A stretch of 55,377 nucleotides of DNA from a virus (IMGVR_UViG_3300049170_000126:1-55377), one strand, 5' to 3'. Shown: positions 36,503-46,916, counted from the stretch's first letter. Numbers and translations are program-made. Notes: generated by a model from the sequence alone, not told the origin.

Positions 36503-36539
36503 GTAACCGGTTTCTCGGATCCTAGTAACCGGTTTCTCG
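36503..36539. promoter_or_regulatory. Tandem LacI-family-type operators
   Basis: GTAACCGGTTTCTCG at 36503-36517 and 36525-36539, near-palindromic around CG, upstream of the lyase. Confidence 0.7.
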
Positions 36540-36679
36540 CATGGCAACCCCCTCACACCCCACGATGTCGAACCGGGGAGGACGGGCACACCAGGACGGC
36601 AGGACCATCCCGCCGACGTTGGTTCACCTGGCCGTGCTCAGCACGGCATGCCTCCGGGAGCAGTCGCCCTCGTGCGAGG

Positions 36680-37783
36680 TCACGAACCGGAGCGCGCGAG
36701 CACCGACTCCCAGTGCCACGGCTCCGGGACGCGCCCGTTCGGCTCCGCGAACTCCGGGTGGGTCCAGGAGTAGGTCTCGGCGTTGGCCTTGAGCCACTCG
36801 TACTGCTCGGTCTCGAACGCCTCGACGCCGCCACCGATGTCGACCGCGAGCCCGAGGCCGTGGTTGGAGCAGCCGGGCGGTGCGGCGATCGGCGACGACG
36901 GGTCGTAGAGCGACTCCTGCGACTCGTACGAGCGGTACGACGAGTTGATCGTCAGGTGCTCGCCGAAGGCCTCCTGGTAGGCGGCGTCGAGCTTGACCAG
37001 GCTCTCCAGCACGTCGGCGCGCACGAAGTGCGTGGGCGCCCACGGGATCTCCGCCAGGGCGGAGCTCGGCACCTTGCCGCTGTCAGGGTCCCATGCCTGG
37101 TCCGGCGCGGGGCAGGTGATCGCATCCTGCGCCTCGACGAGCGCCGCGGTCGCGACGGTGACGACCGAACGGTTCGTGCTCAGGTCGTGAGCAGCCTGCT
37201 CCAGCACGGCGAGGTCCTCGCCGTCGACGCTGCTGTCCGCGGCGGCGTTGGCCGTAGCCATGGTGTCCAGTGCGGACTGCAGACGCTCCCGTGTGCCGTC
37301 GTCGACACCCTGGCCCTCCGTCGCGGCGTAGACCTTCTCCGCCCGGCCCTGCGCGGCGGTCAGGCTCTTGCGTGCCGCCTCGACCTGACCACGGGCGAAC
37401 TCGACCATGGAGACCTGGACGGCGTCCGTCGCCGCACCCAGGGACTGCCGGGCGTCCGCCGTGCCCGTGGTGAGCCTCGTGAGGACCGACTCGCCCAGCA
37501 CGGTGTCCGCCTCGGTGATCTGCGCGGAGAGCGCGACGCGGGTCGTCTGCTCAGCGACCTTGCCGTCAGAGGCCACCATCAGCTGCCTGGCGGCGGCGAC
37601 CCGCGAGGAGAGGGCGTCCGTCTCCGAGGTGACCCACCAGACGGCACCGCCACCACCCAGCACGAGGACCACGGTGAGGGTCGCGACGAGCACCCGCACG
37701 GCGCGGCGGCGTCGGCTCTTCGCCTCACGGCGGTCTCTTGCCGTGGCGCCGGCCTTCGTGCCTGAGGGATCAACAGCAGGCAT
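36680..37783 (-). CDS. Membrane-anchored D-Ala-D-Ala carboxypeptidase (M15B/VanY family)
   Basis: N-terminal TM, coiled coil, SSYRSYESQ, SNHGLGLAVD and EPWHW; start uncertain. Confidence 0.9.
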   Translation of the reverse strand: MPAVDPSGTKAGATARDRREAKSRRRRAVRVLVATLTVVLVLGGGGAVWWVTSETDALSSRVAAARQLMVASDGKVAEQTTRVALSAQITEADTVLGESVLTRLTTGTADARQSLGAATDAVQVSMVEFARGQVEAARKSLTAAQGRAEKVYAATEGQGVDDGTRERLQSALDTMATANAAADSSVDGEDLAVLEQAAHDLSTNRSVVTVATAALVEAQDAITCPAPDQAWDPDSGKVPSSALAEIPWAPTHFVRADVLESLVKLDAAYQEAFGEHLTINSSYRSYESQESLYDPSSPIAAPPGCSNHGLGLAVDIGGGVEAFETEQYEWLKANAETYSWTHPEFAEPNGRVPEPWHWESVLARSGS

Positions 37784-37894
37784 GGCGTTCGTCGAGGTCA
37801 CGAGCCCAGAACCTACGGCACCCACCACCCTCCGGCCGACCCGCCAGCGGGTGAACTCCATCGCCGCTGGCGGGCTCCGCCGGGCGCTTCCGCA

Positions 37895-38203
37895 TCAGCC
37901 CTGGCGCTCGTCCGTGCCGTTTCCTTCGCCGAGGTCCGTGACCTTGTAGACCACGCCGTTGCGGTCGTACGTGGTCCACTCCCCCACCTGGCGACCCCGG
38001 TCGAAGTGACCTGAGCGCTTCAGGGTGCCGTCGGTGCGCCACCACTCCCAGTAGCCGTGCGGTTCGCCGTCGAGCTCGCGCCCGCGGGCATGCACCGAAC
38101 CGTTGCGGTGGTGCTCGACGCGCTCGACCGGCTCGCGGGGCCCGCCGGGCGGCACGGGCGGGACTGCCGTCGGCTCGGGAGACACGGGATCGGCCTTGTT
38201 CAT
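37895..38203 (-). CDS. Small MORN-variant/YwqK-like protein
   Basis: HRNGSV...GEPHGYWEWWRTDGTLKRSGHF..G.QVGEWTTYD; GGAGG RBS. Confidence 0.8.
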   Translation of the reverse strand: MNKADPVSPEPTAVPPVPPGGPREPVERVEHHRNGSVHARGRELDGEPHGYWEWWRTDGTLKRSGHFDRGRQVGEWTTYDRNGVVYKVTDLGEGNGTDERQG

Positions 38204-38233
38204 TCCTCCAGTCTGCGGCACTACGGTGGAGCC

Positions 38234-38803
38234 ATGGGGTTTCGATGGTGGTCAAGGCACCGCCCGCAGAAGGCCGTCCGCCGTGCTGTGCGCTCGCATC
38301 GCACCGACACGGTGCTGGCCGAGGCGCCGCTGGTCACGTCGACGGGCGAGTCGTGGGCGTTCGCCACGCGCGCCGAGCTTCTGCTGATCTCGGCGCCCGA
38401 GGCGCCCTCCGGCCAGGACGACGACGAGTCGCGGGGCGCACCGTCCGTCGTCGTGCACCGGGAGTGGTCCGACGTCGACCGGGCGACCTATGACATGGAG
38501 ACCAACGTCATCCGGGTGCACTGGGTCGACGGCGACGAGCCGACACCGCTCCCCCTCGACGGCCGTCGCTCCGTGCTGCCGCAGGTGCTGCGCGAACGGG
38601 TGCAGTGGTCGGTGGTCCTGGCCGAGCCGGTCAAGCTGCCCGGCGGGCGTTCCGCCCGCGTGGCGGTCCGACGCCGGGTGGACGGCGAACTGTTCTCCCA
38701 GGTGATCGGTCAGGGCGACCTGGACGTCGCCGATCCGGACATAGCGGATGTGATCGACGCCGCTGAGGCTCGAGTGCGAAATGCGGCAGGACTACCCGGC
38801 TGA
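38234..38803 (+). CDS. Hypothetical host protein (PH-like)
   Basis: 189-aa coding-like ORF; WSDVDRATYD...LRERVQWSVV. Confidence 0.75.
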   Translation: MGFRWWSRHRPQKAVRRAVRSHRTDTVLAEAPLVTSTGESWAFATRAELLLISAPEAPSGQDDDESRGAPSVVVHREWSDVDRATYDMETNVIRVHWVDGDEPTPLPLDGRRSVLPQVLRERVQWSVVLAEPVKLPGGRSARVAVRRRVDGELFSQVIGQGDLDVADPDIADVIDAAEARVRNAAGLPG

Positions 38804-38857
38804 ACCTGTTAGAGTTTTCACCGGTCGCCCAAACCGGTTCCGGTAGGGCGAGCGCGA

Positions 38858-39197
<340 letters not shown>

Positions 39198-39317
39198 AGA
39201 AGCATGCTTACACGCATCCTGCCGCATCGCAAGGAAATGCGTTGTAGCCACATCCTGCTCACGTTTCACCTCTGAGCCGACTTGCAACTGCGTGTCGCAT
39301 TGATACATGCTCACCCC

Positions 39318-39512
39318 ATGGAACACGGAGACACTGTCACGGCAGGTGAAGCTGCCGACCTGATCGGCGTGAACATCGCCACCGTGGCGCGCTGGGCGAA
39401 GCGCGGCGTACTTACCCCCACGGGCACCGAGGGCCGCGCGATCCTCTACCCACGCGCCGCCGTCGAGCGGGTAGCCGCTGCCCGCCGCGTGCTGGCCGGA
39501 GTCGCCGCGTGA
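39318..39512 (+). CDS. Cro/excisionase-like MerR-type HTH protein
   Basis: VTAGEAADLIGVNIATVARWAKRG; TTGCAA-N18-CATGCT promoter with a leaderless ATG. Confidence 0.85.
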   Translation: MEHGDTVTAGEAADLIGVNIATVARWAKRGVLTPTGTEGRAILYPRAAVERVAAARRVLAGVAA

Positions 39513-39873
39513 CCGCCCCCAAGACCCCCGCCGGCGCCCCCGTGACCGCCCCGGTTGCGCCGGCGGGATCCAAGCCGTGTGTGTTCAAGACTCCGTGGCC
39601 CCTGACAAACGAGCCGCTTGCCAAGCCGTGGGTGTGCGCCGCCGGCGACGACTACGTGTGGTACACGACGTGGCGAGAGGCCTGGGACGCAGCCGTTGCC
39701 GGGTCCGCCACGTGAGGGGCTATCTGCCGGGTCGTCCGGTCCTCTCGCTCCAGCAGCAGGCCCGTGGCCGGCGCTACATCGCCGCCTACCGAGAGCGGTT
39801 CGGCCGCGTGCCCAACAGCGTCCCGACGACGGTCTACCTCGAGGACGAGCCCGCCCGCGAGGAGCTGACGTGA
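39509..39873 (+). CDS. Two small hypothetical genes (39509..39715, 39712..39873)
   Basis: GTGA coupling on both sides of each gene. Confidence 0.6.
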
Positions 39874-40691
39874 GCCGCTCCAAGCCGCCCCGGACGTACG
39901 GCAAGCCGTGGGACACACCGCGCCCGCTGCCGTCCGCCGGCCACCGCACGTTCGACCTCATGACGTCCCTGTCCAACGCGGGATGGGGTGAGCTGCAGGG
40001 CCGGTCCATGCAGGGCGTGCGCTCCACGCTGCACGGCCTCGTCGCGATCCTGCCCTACGGCAGCGGCGCCGGTAAGGCGACCGCCTACGACATCGCGTCG
40101 CACGCCGGCCTGTCCCTCAAGTGGACGAGCAGGTGCCTGCACCTGCTCGAGGACCTCGGCGTGATCGAGTGGACGCGCGGCGGGATCGACATCAACAACG
40201 CCCGTGACCGCAAGGGCAAGCCCGGCTGGTTCCGCATCGTCAAGCGCCGGTTGGTCGAGCTGATCATGATCGCCCGCCCGATCAACGACGAGGCGACCCG
40301 GGCCTACCGCGCCGAGACGCTCGAGCGCATCCGGTCGATCAAGACCAAGTACACCCGCACGCGCCTGATGAATCAGACGCGTGGGAAGCAAACTCGCAGG
40401 TCAGAACATGTGGCACTGAGCGGGGACCCCACCCCCCTAACGGGAGGGCCTGTCGGCACGCCTCCCCGCTCAGAGGATCTTCCTCCGTCTCAGGCACCCT
40501 CAGGAGCGGCTGCGCCGCCCTCACCAGAGGCGCCTACGGCGCGCGGCGACGGTCCCGAGGCCCCGGAGGACACATCCGGCCTCAGAGGCGCGCAGATCGC
40601 TCGTGCCGCGCTCCTGGCTGGCATGCGCGCCGCGGGGCGCGGCGGCTCGCAGGACGTTGCGCTCTGGCGCAAGCAGGGGCTGATCAAGTGA
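39870..40691 (+). CDS. Winged-HTH replication initiator-like protein
   Basis: TAYDIASHAGLSLKWTSRCLHLLEDLGVIEWTRG; low-complexity C-terminus containing CTCAG repeats (40469-40585). Confidence 0.7.
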   Translation: MSRSKPPRTYGKPWDTPRPLPSAGHRTFDLMTSLSNAGWGELQGRSMQGVRSTLHGLVAILPYGSGAGKATAYDIASHAGLSLKWTSRCLHLLEDLGVIEWTRGGIDINNARDRKGKPGWFRIVKRRLVELIMIARPINDEATRAYRAETLERIRSIKTKYTRTRLMNQTRGKQTRRSEHVALSGDPTPLTGGPVGTPPRSEDLPPSQAPSGAAAPPSPEAPTARGDGPEAPEDTSGLRGAQIARAALLAGMRAAGRGGSQDVALWRKQGLIK

Positions 40692-40945
40692 CCCGGCCCG
40701 GTCCCGGCGATGTGACGTGCGATCACGGGTTCGACTCGTGGCGCACGACGCGCACCGGTGAGCCCGTGTGCCCGATCTGCAGGCGTCTCGCCAGGACCGA
40801 GGCGAAGGCAAAGGCGGCCCGGAGGAAGAGGTTCGCGCAGCCGCACCTGGACATACCTGCTCTCGTCGCGAATGACGACAGCCTCAACAACGTCATCTCA
40901 CTGACCGCCGCGCGGAACCGCCGGCGCCGAACCAAGGAGATCTGA
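40688..40945 (+). CDS. Small zinc-binding hypothetical protein
   Basis: CDHG...CPICRR motif. Confidence 0.7.
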   Translation: MTRPGPGDVTCDHGFDSWRTTRTGEPVCPICRRLARTEAKAKAARRKRFAQPHLDIPALVANDDSLNNVISLTAARNRRRRTKEI

Positions 40946-41655
40946 TGAACCACCGTCCCGCCCTGCTCAACCCCGACACCAAGGGCGCCCTGCTCGTCGC
41001 CCTCGTGGCCACCGCCGCCCTCGTCGGCATCTCGTTCACGCTGTCCTACGCCGGCCTGTCCGCGCTGGCGCCGTGGGCCGTCGTCCCGCTCGCCCTCGCA
41101 CCCCTCATCCCGGTGTTCATCGACGGCGCGATCGGCGTCTACACGTACAGCGCGCTAGCCGCACGAGCTCGTGGGGAGTCGGCCGTCCGGCCGTGGGTGT
41201 GGGTGGCGCTCTGGACGCTCGTGTCCAGCACGGCGAACGCTGCTCACGCCTGGAGCTACGGCCCTGGCGGATGGGAAGGGATCGTCGGCGCGATCCTCGC
41301 CGGCCTCTTCCCGATCGGCTCGCTACTGGGTACGCACGAGATTGCCCATCGCATGATCGGCCGCCCCGCCGAGCCGACGCCGGCGCCGTCGCCGCTGTCC
41401 GTGCTCGAGGGGATCGAGACCGCCGGCCTGCACCTGGTCCAGCCCGAGCAGTACGACGCGCTGCGCGCCAAGGTCGCCGAGCAGCGCACACCGGCGCCTC
41501 GCCGACGTCGCGTCACCTCGCCCGCACGAGCTGCCGCACGTGAGCGTGCCCGAGACCTGCGCGCCAAGGGACACACGGTGCGCGCCATCGCCGCCGAGGT
41601 AGGGCTGTCTCACTCCACCGTGGCCGAGGACGTCCGAGACGTGGTGCCGGCGTGA
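40945..41655 (+). CDS. DUF2637-like membrane protein with C-terminal HTH
   Basis: Four TM segments, LSYAGL, PVFIDGAI, STANAAH, FPIGSLLGTH; GHTVRAIAAEVGLSHSTV. Confidence 0.8.
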   Translation: MNHRPALLNPDTKGALLVALVATAALVGISFTLSYAGLSALAPWAVVPLALAPLIPVFIDGAIGVYTYSALAARARGESAVRPWVWVALWTLVSSTANAAHAWSYGPGGWEGIVGAILAGLFPIGSLLGTHEIAHRMIGRPAEPTPAPSPLSVLEGIETAGLHLVQPEQYDALRAKVAEQRTPAPRRRRVTSPARAAARERARDLRAKGHTVRAIAAEVGLSHSTVAEDVRDVVPA

Positions 41656-42031
41656 TGGACCTGCTTGAGCTGCTGGCCGCCGACGAGGCCGAGCAGCTGA
41701 CCACCGGCATGGTCGCCGCGCTCAAGCCTGGCACCCGGCTCACGTTCGACTACTGCGACTGGCCGCCCGCCACGCTGACCGTCGTCTCGGTACGACCCAT
41801 GACCGCGCCCAACGGGACGCCTACCCACATGATCCGCACGACGTCCGACCACCCCGGGCCGCGCTGGTCTAGCTACGACCGCGAGTGGTGGGCCTGGTTC
41901 GTCGCCGAGTACATGACCATCACGGGTGCAGCGTGAAGAGCGCCGGCCTGATCATCGCCGTGTCCATCGTCGCCGGCGGGATCTTCGGCGTCGTGCTCGG
42001 TGTGCTCGTCCGGTGGTTCGTCCTGGCATGA
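41652..42031 (+). CDS. Hypothetical protein (41652..41936) and 32-aa TM peptide (41933..42031)
   Basis: Coupled by GTGA/ATGA overlaps. Confidence 0.6.
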
Positions 42032-42351
42032 CCTGGTCCGGCCGCAAGGTGGCAGTCGCCCGCGCCTACTGGCGCCCGCGGCTGCCGCTGCCGTGCTGGC
42101 GGTGCGGACGCATGCTCACCGCGTCAGGCACCTGGACTGTGGGCCACCTGCAGGACCGTGCGCTGGGTGGCAGCGAGACCGACCCGAGCAACCAGCACCC
42201 CGAGTGTGGCCGCTGCAACACCAGCGCCGGCGGGAAGCTGGGCGCCAGCATCACGAACAACAAGCGACAGCCAAAGCAACAGACCACCAGCGACCGCGCA
42301 CCAACACTGACACGCATGACCGAGAGAGACCGAGGGATCAGAGGATGGTGA
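42028..42351 (+). CDS. HNH endonuclease
   Basis: PCWRCG...WTVGH...LGG...NQHPECGRCNTSAG. Confidence 0.9.
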   Translation: MTWSGRKVAVARAYWRPRLPLPCWRCGRMLTASGTWTVGHLQDRALGGSETDPSNQHPECGRCNTSAGGKLGASITNNKRQPKQQTTSDRAPTLTRMTERDRGIRGW

Positions 42352-44000
42352 AGGGGATCACCGAACATCGTCGGGCGTTCGATCAGCTCGCGCTCGACGG
42401 TTTTGAACCGGCGATGGGAGCCCTCGCTAGTCGGCCCCTCCCTATCTCTCCCCACGGGGGACCGGCCGGCGCGCCGGCGACGCCGGCGCCCAAGCTGCCG
42501 AACCTGAAATCCCCGGTCGGCCGGCGCTACTGCAAGCCCCTGCACAACTCACCGGCCAAGCCTGATATCCCAATCGATGACCTGATCCACGGCGCAAAGC
42601 TGCTCGGATTCGTGCCGTCCGCGCAGCAGGAGCGGTTCGGCCGGATCATGAACGCCGTCAAGGCGGACGGCCTGCCCCGGCACCGGCGCACGGCCAAGAC
42701 GATGCCGCGCCGGTCCGGGAAGACAGACGGGCTGCTCGCCCTGGCCGTCGGCCGCTGCACCACCCGCCCGGACTACTACGTGGCGTTCTCGGCGCAGTCC
42801 GGCAAGAAGGGCCGCGACCGGTTCCTCAAGATGGCGGTCAAGCTCGAGCGCTACGACCCGTGCCTACGCCCGTCGAGGACCCGCCCGGACGGCTGCACCC
42901 GCACCGACAACGACCACGTCCACTACCGGATCTACCGATCCAATGGTGGCGAGCGGATCGAGTGGGTCAACGGCTCCGTGTTCATGGTGCTGCCGCCCGA
43001 CGCCGAGGTGTACCGCGGCGAGGAATACCACCTGATCATCCTGGACGAGGCCCAGGAGACCGAGGACGACGACGCTGCCGACGAGCTGCTGGGCGGCATC
43101 AACCCGACGATGGACACGGTCCCGGAGGCGCAGCTCGTCGTCGCCGGCACCGCGGGCAAGCGCCGGTCCGGCCTGCTGTGGCGATCGCTGGAGAAGGGCC
43201 GCGCCGGCGTCTGGGGCATCCTCGAGTACGCCGCGCCGCTCGAGGCCGACCCGACGTCGGAAGCCGTGTGGCTCGCCGCGCACCCGGGCATCGGGACGCT
43301 GACCACGCTCGAGGTGATCCGCGAGAACTTCGACGACATGACGCTGGTGGAGTTCCAGCGTGAGTACCTCGGACAGTGGCCGGCGGACGCTGCCGTGTCC
43401 GCGATCGATGCAGAGCAGTGGAAGAGGGCCGGCGCCGATGCCCTGCCCGTCCGTCCGCGCCGCGTCGGTGTCGCGTTCGACGTCGCCCCCGACGGGTCGG
43501 CCGCCGCGATCGCGTGCGCATGGCGCGACGAGGACGGCCGCGCGCACGTCGAGGTGCTGGCCTACCGGTCGTCCGTGGCCTGGCTCCCGCTCGAGGCCCA
43601 CCGCATCGGCCGAGAGTCCCGAAGCCCCATCGCGTACGACGTGATCGGGCAGAACACGAACCCGGCCGAGTCCATCACGCGGCGCAACCCGCCGGTCCGC
43701 CTGGCGCCCATGAACATGAAGGACAGCCAGGGTGCCGCGCAGCGGATCGTCTCCGAGCTCGCCGCCGGAAACCTCGTCCACTACCGACAGAAGGACCTGG
43801 ACGCTGCCGTGGACGGTGCCAACTGGCGCAACGTCGCCGGCGACTCCGCGCGCCTGTTCGGGCACAAGGCATCCGCGCACGGCATCACCCCGCTGACCGC
43901 CGCGGCTATGGCGCTCTGGCACTACGACAAGACCACTCGGCGCGCGCGTACCGCTCGCGCACGCCCGACGATCCCCACGACCGAGAGGCCGGCCGCGTGA
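42345..44000 (+). CDS. terL: Terminase (large subunit; start uncertain)
   Basis: MPRRSGKT Walker A, IILDEAQ Walker B, AGTAG, FQREYLG and AFDV motifs. Confidence 0.93.
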   Translation: MVKGITEHRRAFDQLALDGFEPAMGALASRPLPISPHGGPAGAPATPAPKLPNLKSPVGRRYCKPLHNSPAKPDIPIDDLIHGAKLLGFVPSAQQERFGRIMNAVKADGLPRHRRTAKTMPRRSGKTDGLLALAVGRCTTRPDYYVAFSAQSGKKGRDRFLKMAVKLERYDPCLRPSRTRPDGCTRTDNDHVHYRIYRSNGGERIEWVNGSVFMVLPPDAEVYRGEEYHLIILDEAQETEDDDAADELLGGINPTMDTVPEAQLVVAGTAGKRRSGLLWRSLEKGRAGVWGILEYAAPLEADPTSEAVWLAAHPGIGTLTTLEVIRENFDDMTLVEFQREYLGQWPADAAVSAIDAEQWKRAGADALPVRPRRVGVAFDVAPDGSAAAIACAWRDEDGRAHVEVLAYRSSVAWLPLEAHRIGRESRSPIAYDVIGQNTNPAESITRRNPPVRLAPMNMKDSQGAAQRIVSELAAGNLVHYRQKDLDAAVDGANWRNVAGDSARLFGHKASAHGITPLTAAAMALWHYDKTTRRARTARARPTIPTTERPAA

Positions 44001-44182
44001 GCTACTTCCACGATGTGTCCGTGAGCTGCACCGTCGGCGGCTGCAAGACCTGTGGCGTCCGATGGCTAGCCGGCGACCGCAGCGGATCGCGTGCTCTGGC
44101 GATCGACCACGAGCTGCGCGCGCACCCCGGCGAGACGCTCGCCCGGACAGCCGGCTACGTGGCCAAGACACGCCGCCGGTGA
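43997..44182 (+). CDS. Small C2H2-like protein between terminase and portal
   Basis: CKTCGVRW...DHELRAHPG. Confidence 0.7.
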   Translation: MSYFHDVSVSCTVGGCKTCGVRWLAGDRSGSRALAIDHELRAHPGETLARTAGYVAKTRRR

Positions 44183-44225
44183 ATCCGATACGGCCGATGT
44201 AAGGGTTCTCCGGATCATCTTTCCC

Positions 44226-45362
44226 GTGGGCATCTTCTCTGGTCTGATGCGCCGGTTCGAGACGAACGGCGGGCATGGTTCGTCGCGCCTGTCTCGCCGC
44301 TCGAGCGTCCGGCCCGCGACACCGCACACCACCTCCAACCTGCAGTCCGTGGTCTACGCCGATGCACTCGGCGCAGACCACACCCTCGTGTCTCGCGAAG
44401 AGGCAATGTTGGTACCGGCCGTCGTCAACGCCCGGTGGCTTATCTGCTATCCGGTGAGCGGACAGCCGCTCAAGGAGTACGACGGCCCCGCGCTCGTCGC
44501 TGAGCAGCCGGCCTGGCTGTCGAACACCGGCGGGCAGGAGCCCTCCCAGTTCCGCACCGCGGACACCCTGGACGACATGCTCTTTGAGGGTTGGTCCCTC
44601 TGGAAGCTCGAGCGTTCGACCGATCCCGCCGCCGGCTGGTGGTCTCGCGACAAGTCGACGTGGATTCCCGCGATCACCGGTGCCGTGCACGTTCCGCTTG
44701 ACCGGTGGGACTTCAACTCCGACGACGAAGTCACGATTGACGACGTCGTCCAGGGCGAGCTGGACGTGATCCTGTTCCGGTCGCCTACCGACCCGCTGCT
44801 CGTCGCCGGCCGCCGCACGATCCGCGGCGCCGCCGAGCTCGAAGACCGTTGGCTCCGTGCCCTGAACGCGATCCCCGTTATGCAGATCAAGCAGGAAGAG
44901 GACATCGAGCTAGCCGACCCCGACGACCCCGAGGCCGACCCCGAGTCCCAGGCCGCGATGACCGAGGCACAGGGCATCGTGGACGACTATCTCAAGGGCC
45001 GCACCGACCCCAACGGCGCCGTCGTATTCACCCCGTTTGGCTACTCGCTCAACGCGATGGGCGAGCACGCGCACGAGCTGTATATCGAGGGCCGGAACTT
45101 CCAGGCGATCGACGTCGGCCGGCACACCGCGATCGCCGCGAACATGCTCTCCGCGTCCGGCGTCACCGCGTCCCTGACATACGAGACGAAGGAAGGCGGG
45201 CGCTCCGACGTCCGCGACCTAGTCCAGTGGGTCTGGGCCATGGCCCTATCTGCACACCTGTCCCTGGACACGGTATGCGCCCCGGGCCGCTCCATCGCGT
45301 TCGACCTATCCAACCTCGCCGAGCAGCCCGACGACGGCGCCGGCCCCCCCGTGGAGGACTGA
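44226..45362 (+). CDS. Portal protein
   Basis: VSREEAMLVPAV..AR, QPAWL, DDMLFEGWSLW, EGRN and SLTY motifs; GTG start inferred. Confidence 0.9.
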   Translation: MGIFSGLMRRFETNGGHGSSRLSRRSSVRPATPHTTSNLQSVVYADALGADHTLVSREEAMLVPAVVNARWLICYPVSGQPLKEYDGPALVAEQPAWLSNTGGQEPSQFRTADTLDDMLFEGWSLWKLERSTDPAAGWWSRDKSTWIPAITGAVHVPLDRWDFNSDDEVTIDDVVQGELDVILFRSPTDPLLVAGRRTIRGAAELEDRWLRALNAIPVMQIKQEEDIELADPDDPEADPESQAAMTEAQGIVDDYLKGRTDPNGAVVFTPFGYSLNAMGEHAHELYIEGRNFQAIDVGRHTAIAANMLSASGVTASLTYETKEGGRSDVRDLVQWVWAMALSAHLSLDTVCAPGRSIAFDLSNLAEQPDDGAGPPVED

Positions 45363-46912
45363 TGAAGAACACCCTCAAGGTGTCGGGAACCCTGCTCACC
45401 GCGTCCGCCGAGGACCGCACCCTGACCTACCGGCTCGTCAAGTACGGAGAGCCCGGCCGCACGAGCAAGGGCATCGTCACGGCCCGCCGCGGCTCCATCA
45501 AGGTCCCGGCCGACGTGACCACCTTGTTCGGCAACTACCAGCACGACCAGGACCGCCGGCTCTCTCGTGCCGAGACCATCACCGAGGACGCCGAGGGCCT
45601 CCTGCTCACCGCGTCCGCGCTGCCCACGCCCGCCGGTGACGAGCTGCTCGCCGAGGCACTGGCCGGCGCCCGGCCCGGCGTCTCCGTCGAGCTCGAGCGC
45701 CCCGCGATCCGTGCCGGCGAGCTGCTCGCCGGCGAGCTCATCGGATTCGGCCACGTCGTGAAGCCTGCCTACCCGTCGTCGCTGCTCACCGCGGCCGACG
45801 TCGGCGAGCTGCCCGACGACGAGGACCAGGACGACGAGGACGAGGACCAGGGCGACGAGCCCGACGAGGACGCGCCCGGCGACGAGCCGGGCTCCCAGAC
45901 CGCTGAAACCGGAGAGGCAACCATGACCGCCAGCACCAAGCGCCCCGCCAAGCGCCCCACCTTCCAGGGCGTCAAGCCGCGCGTCGAGAACGCGGACGCA
46001 GACGTCCTGACCGCGAACGAAGTTTTCACGCTGCTCGGTACGGCCGGCGCGGAGAGCACGCCGACGCTCGTCGCCGCCCTGTCGCAGGTGACGCAGGCCG
46101 GCGTGTTCGACGTCGTGCACCAGCCGGCATGGCTGGGCGAGCTGTGGAACGGCGTCGACTACGAGCCCGAGTACACGCCGCTGATCGGCGCCGCGGCGCT
46201 CACCAGCATGAAGATGCAGGGGTTCGTGCTCACCGCTAAGCCCACCGGTGGCGCGTACGCCGGTGGCGGCGCCGAGGTGCCGACGTCGGCCGTGACCGCC
46301 GGCATGAAGGAGAAGGACGCCGAGCGCTGGGCCGGAGGCTGGAACGTGGACCGCGTCCACGTGGACTTCCCGTCCCCCGAGTTCTGGGCCGCGTTCTGGC
46401 GTGCCGTCAACGACGACTACGCCCGGTACATCGATGCCAAGGTGCGCACGTACCTGACCACCGCGGCCAACGCGTCGCCCCTCGAGATCCCGTCGGCCGA
46501 CATCCCGGCCACCGTGCCCGAGGCCCTGTTCAAGCTCGTGCGCGGCGTGCGCCACCTCAAGCGCACGCTGTCCGGCGGCAAGGCCACGTTCGCGCTGTTC
46601 GGCGAGGACCTGTACGACGACTGGCTGTTCCTCACGAGCGACAGCGCGCCGCAGTACGTGCAGGCGCAGCTCAACGCGCTGTCCGGTCTGACCGACGGAA
46701 TCGAGATCATCGGCGACGCCGCGGTCGGCGCCGGCGTCGTCCGAGTCGGGACCAAGAACACCGCGAAGCTCCACCAGCTCGGCGGCGCAACTCCGATCCG
46801 TGTGTCCACGCAGGACGTCGCCCACGGCAACATGACCGAGGCCGCGTTCGCGTACGACGGGATCATGGAGAACTCCAAGGTCGGTCTCGTCGCAGTCACG
46901 ACCGGCGTCTGA
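45362..46912 (+). CDS. Maturation protease-major capsid fusion protein
   Basis: Protease half (YGEPGRTS.G, QH, GDELLAEA, GVSVE, PAY), acidic linker, capsid half (QPAWLGELWNG, RWAGGW.VDR...DF); 516 aa. Confidence 0.9.
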   Translation: MKNTLKVSGTLLTASAEDRTLTYRLVKYGEPGRTSKGIVTARRGSIKVPADVTTLFGNYQHDQDRRLSRAETITEDAEGLLLTASALPTPAGDELLAEALAGARPGVSVELERPAIRAGELLAGELIGFGHVVKPAYPSSLLTAADVGELPDDEDQDDEDEDQGDEPDEDAPGDEPGSQTAETGEATMTASTKRPAKRPTFQGVKPRVENADADVLTANEVFTLLGTAGAESTPTLVAALSQVTQAGVFDVVHQPAWLGELWNGVDYEPEYTPLIGAAALTSMKMQGFVLTAKPTGGAYAGGGAEVPTSAVTAGMKEKDAERWAGGWNVDRVHVDFPSPEFWAAFWRAVNDDYARYIDAKVRTYLTTAANASPLEIPSADIPATVPEALFKLVRGVRHLKRTLSGGKATFALFGEDLYDDWLFLTSDSAPQYVQAQLNALSGLTDGIEIIGDAAVGAGVVRVGTKNTAKLHQLGGATPIRVSTQDVAHGNMTEAAFAYDGIMENSKVGLVAVTTGV

Positions 46913-46916
46913 TCCG

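Noticed and set aside
33663-36506. 947-aa plus-strand ORF and other long antisense ORFs (e.g. 1950..3716, 8937..10586, 42864..44690, 45041..47077)
   Set aside because: Shadows of real genes on the opposite strand; high-GC codon bias removes stops, and they have no recognisable motifs.
38831-38840. AAACCGGTTC resembling the pectate lyase operator
   Set aside because: Single partial match in the tRNA leader, downstream of its -10; likely chance.
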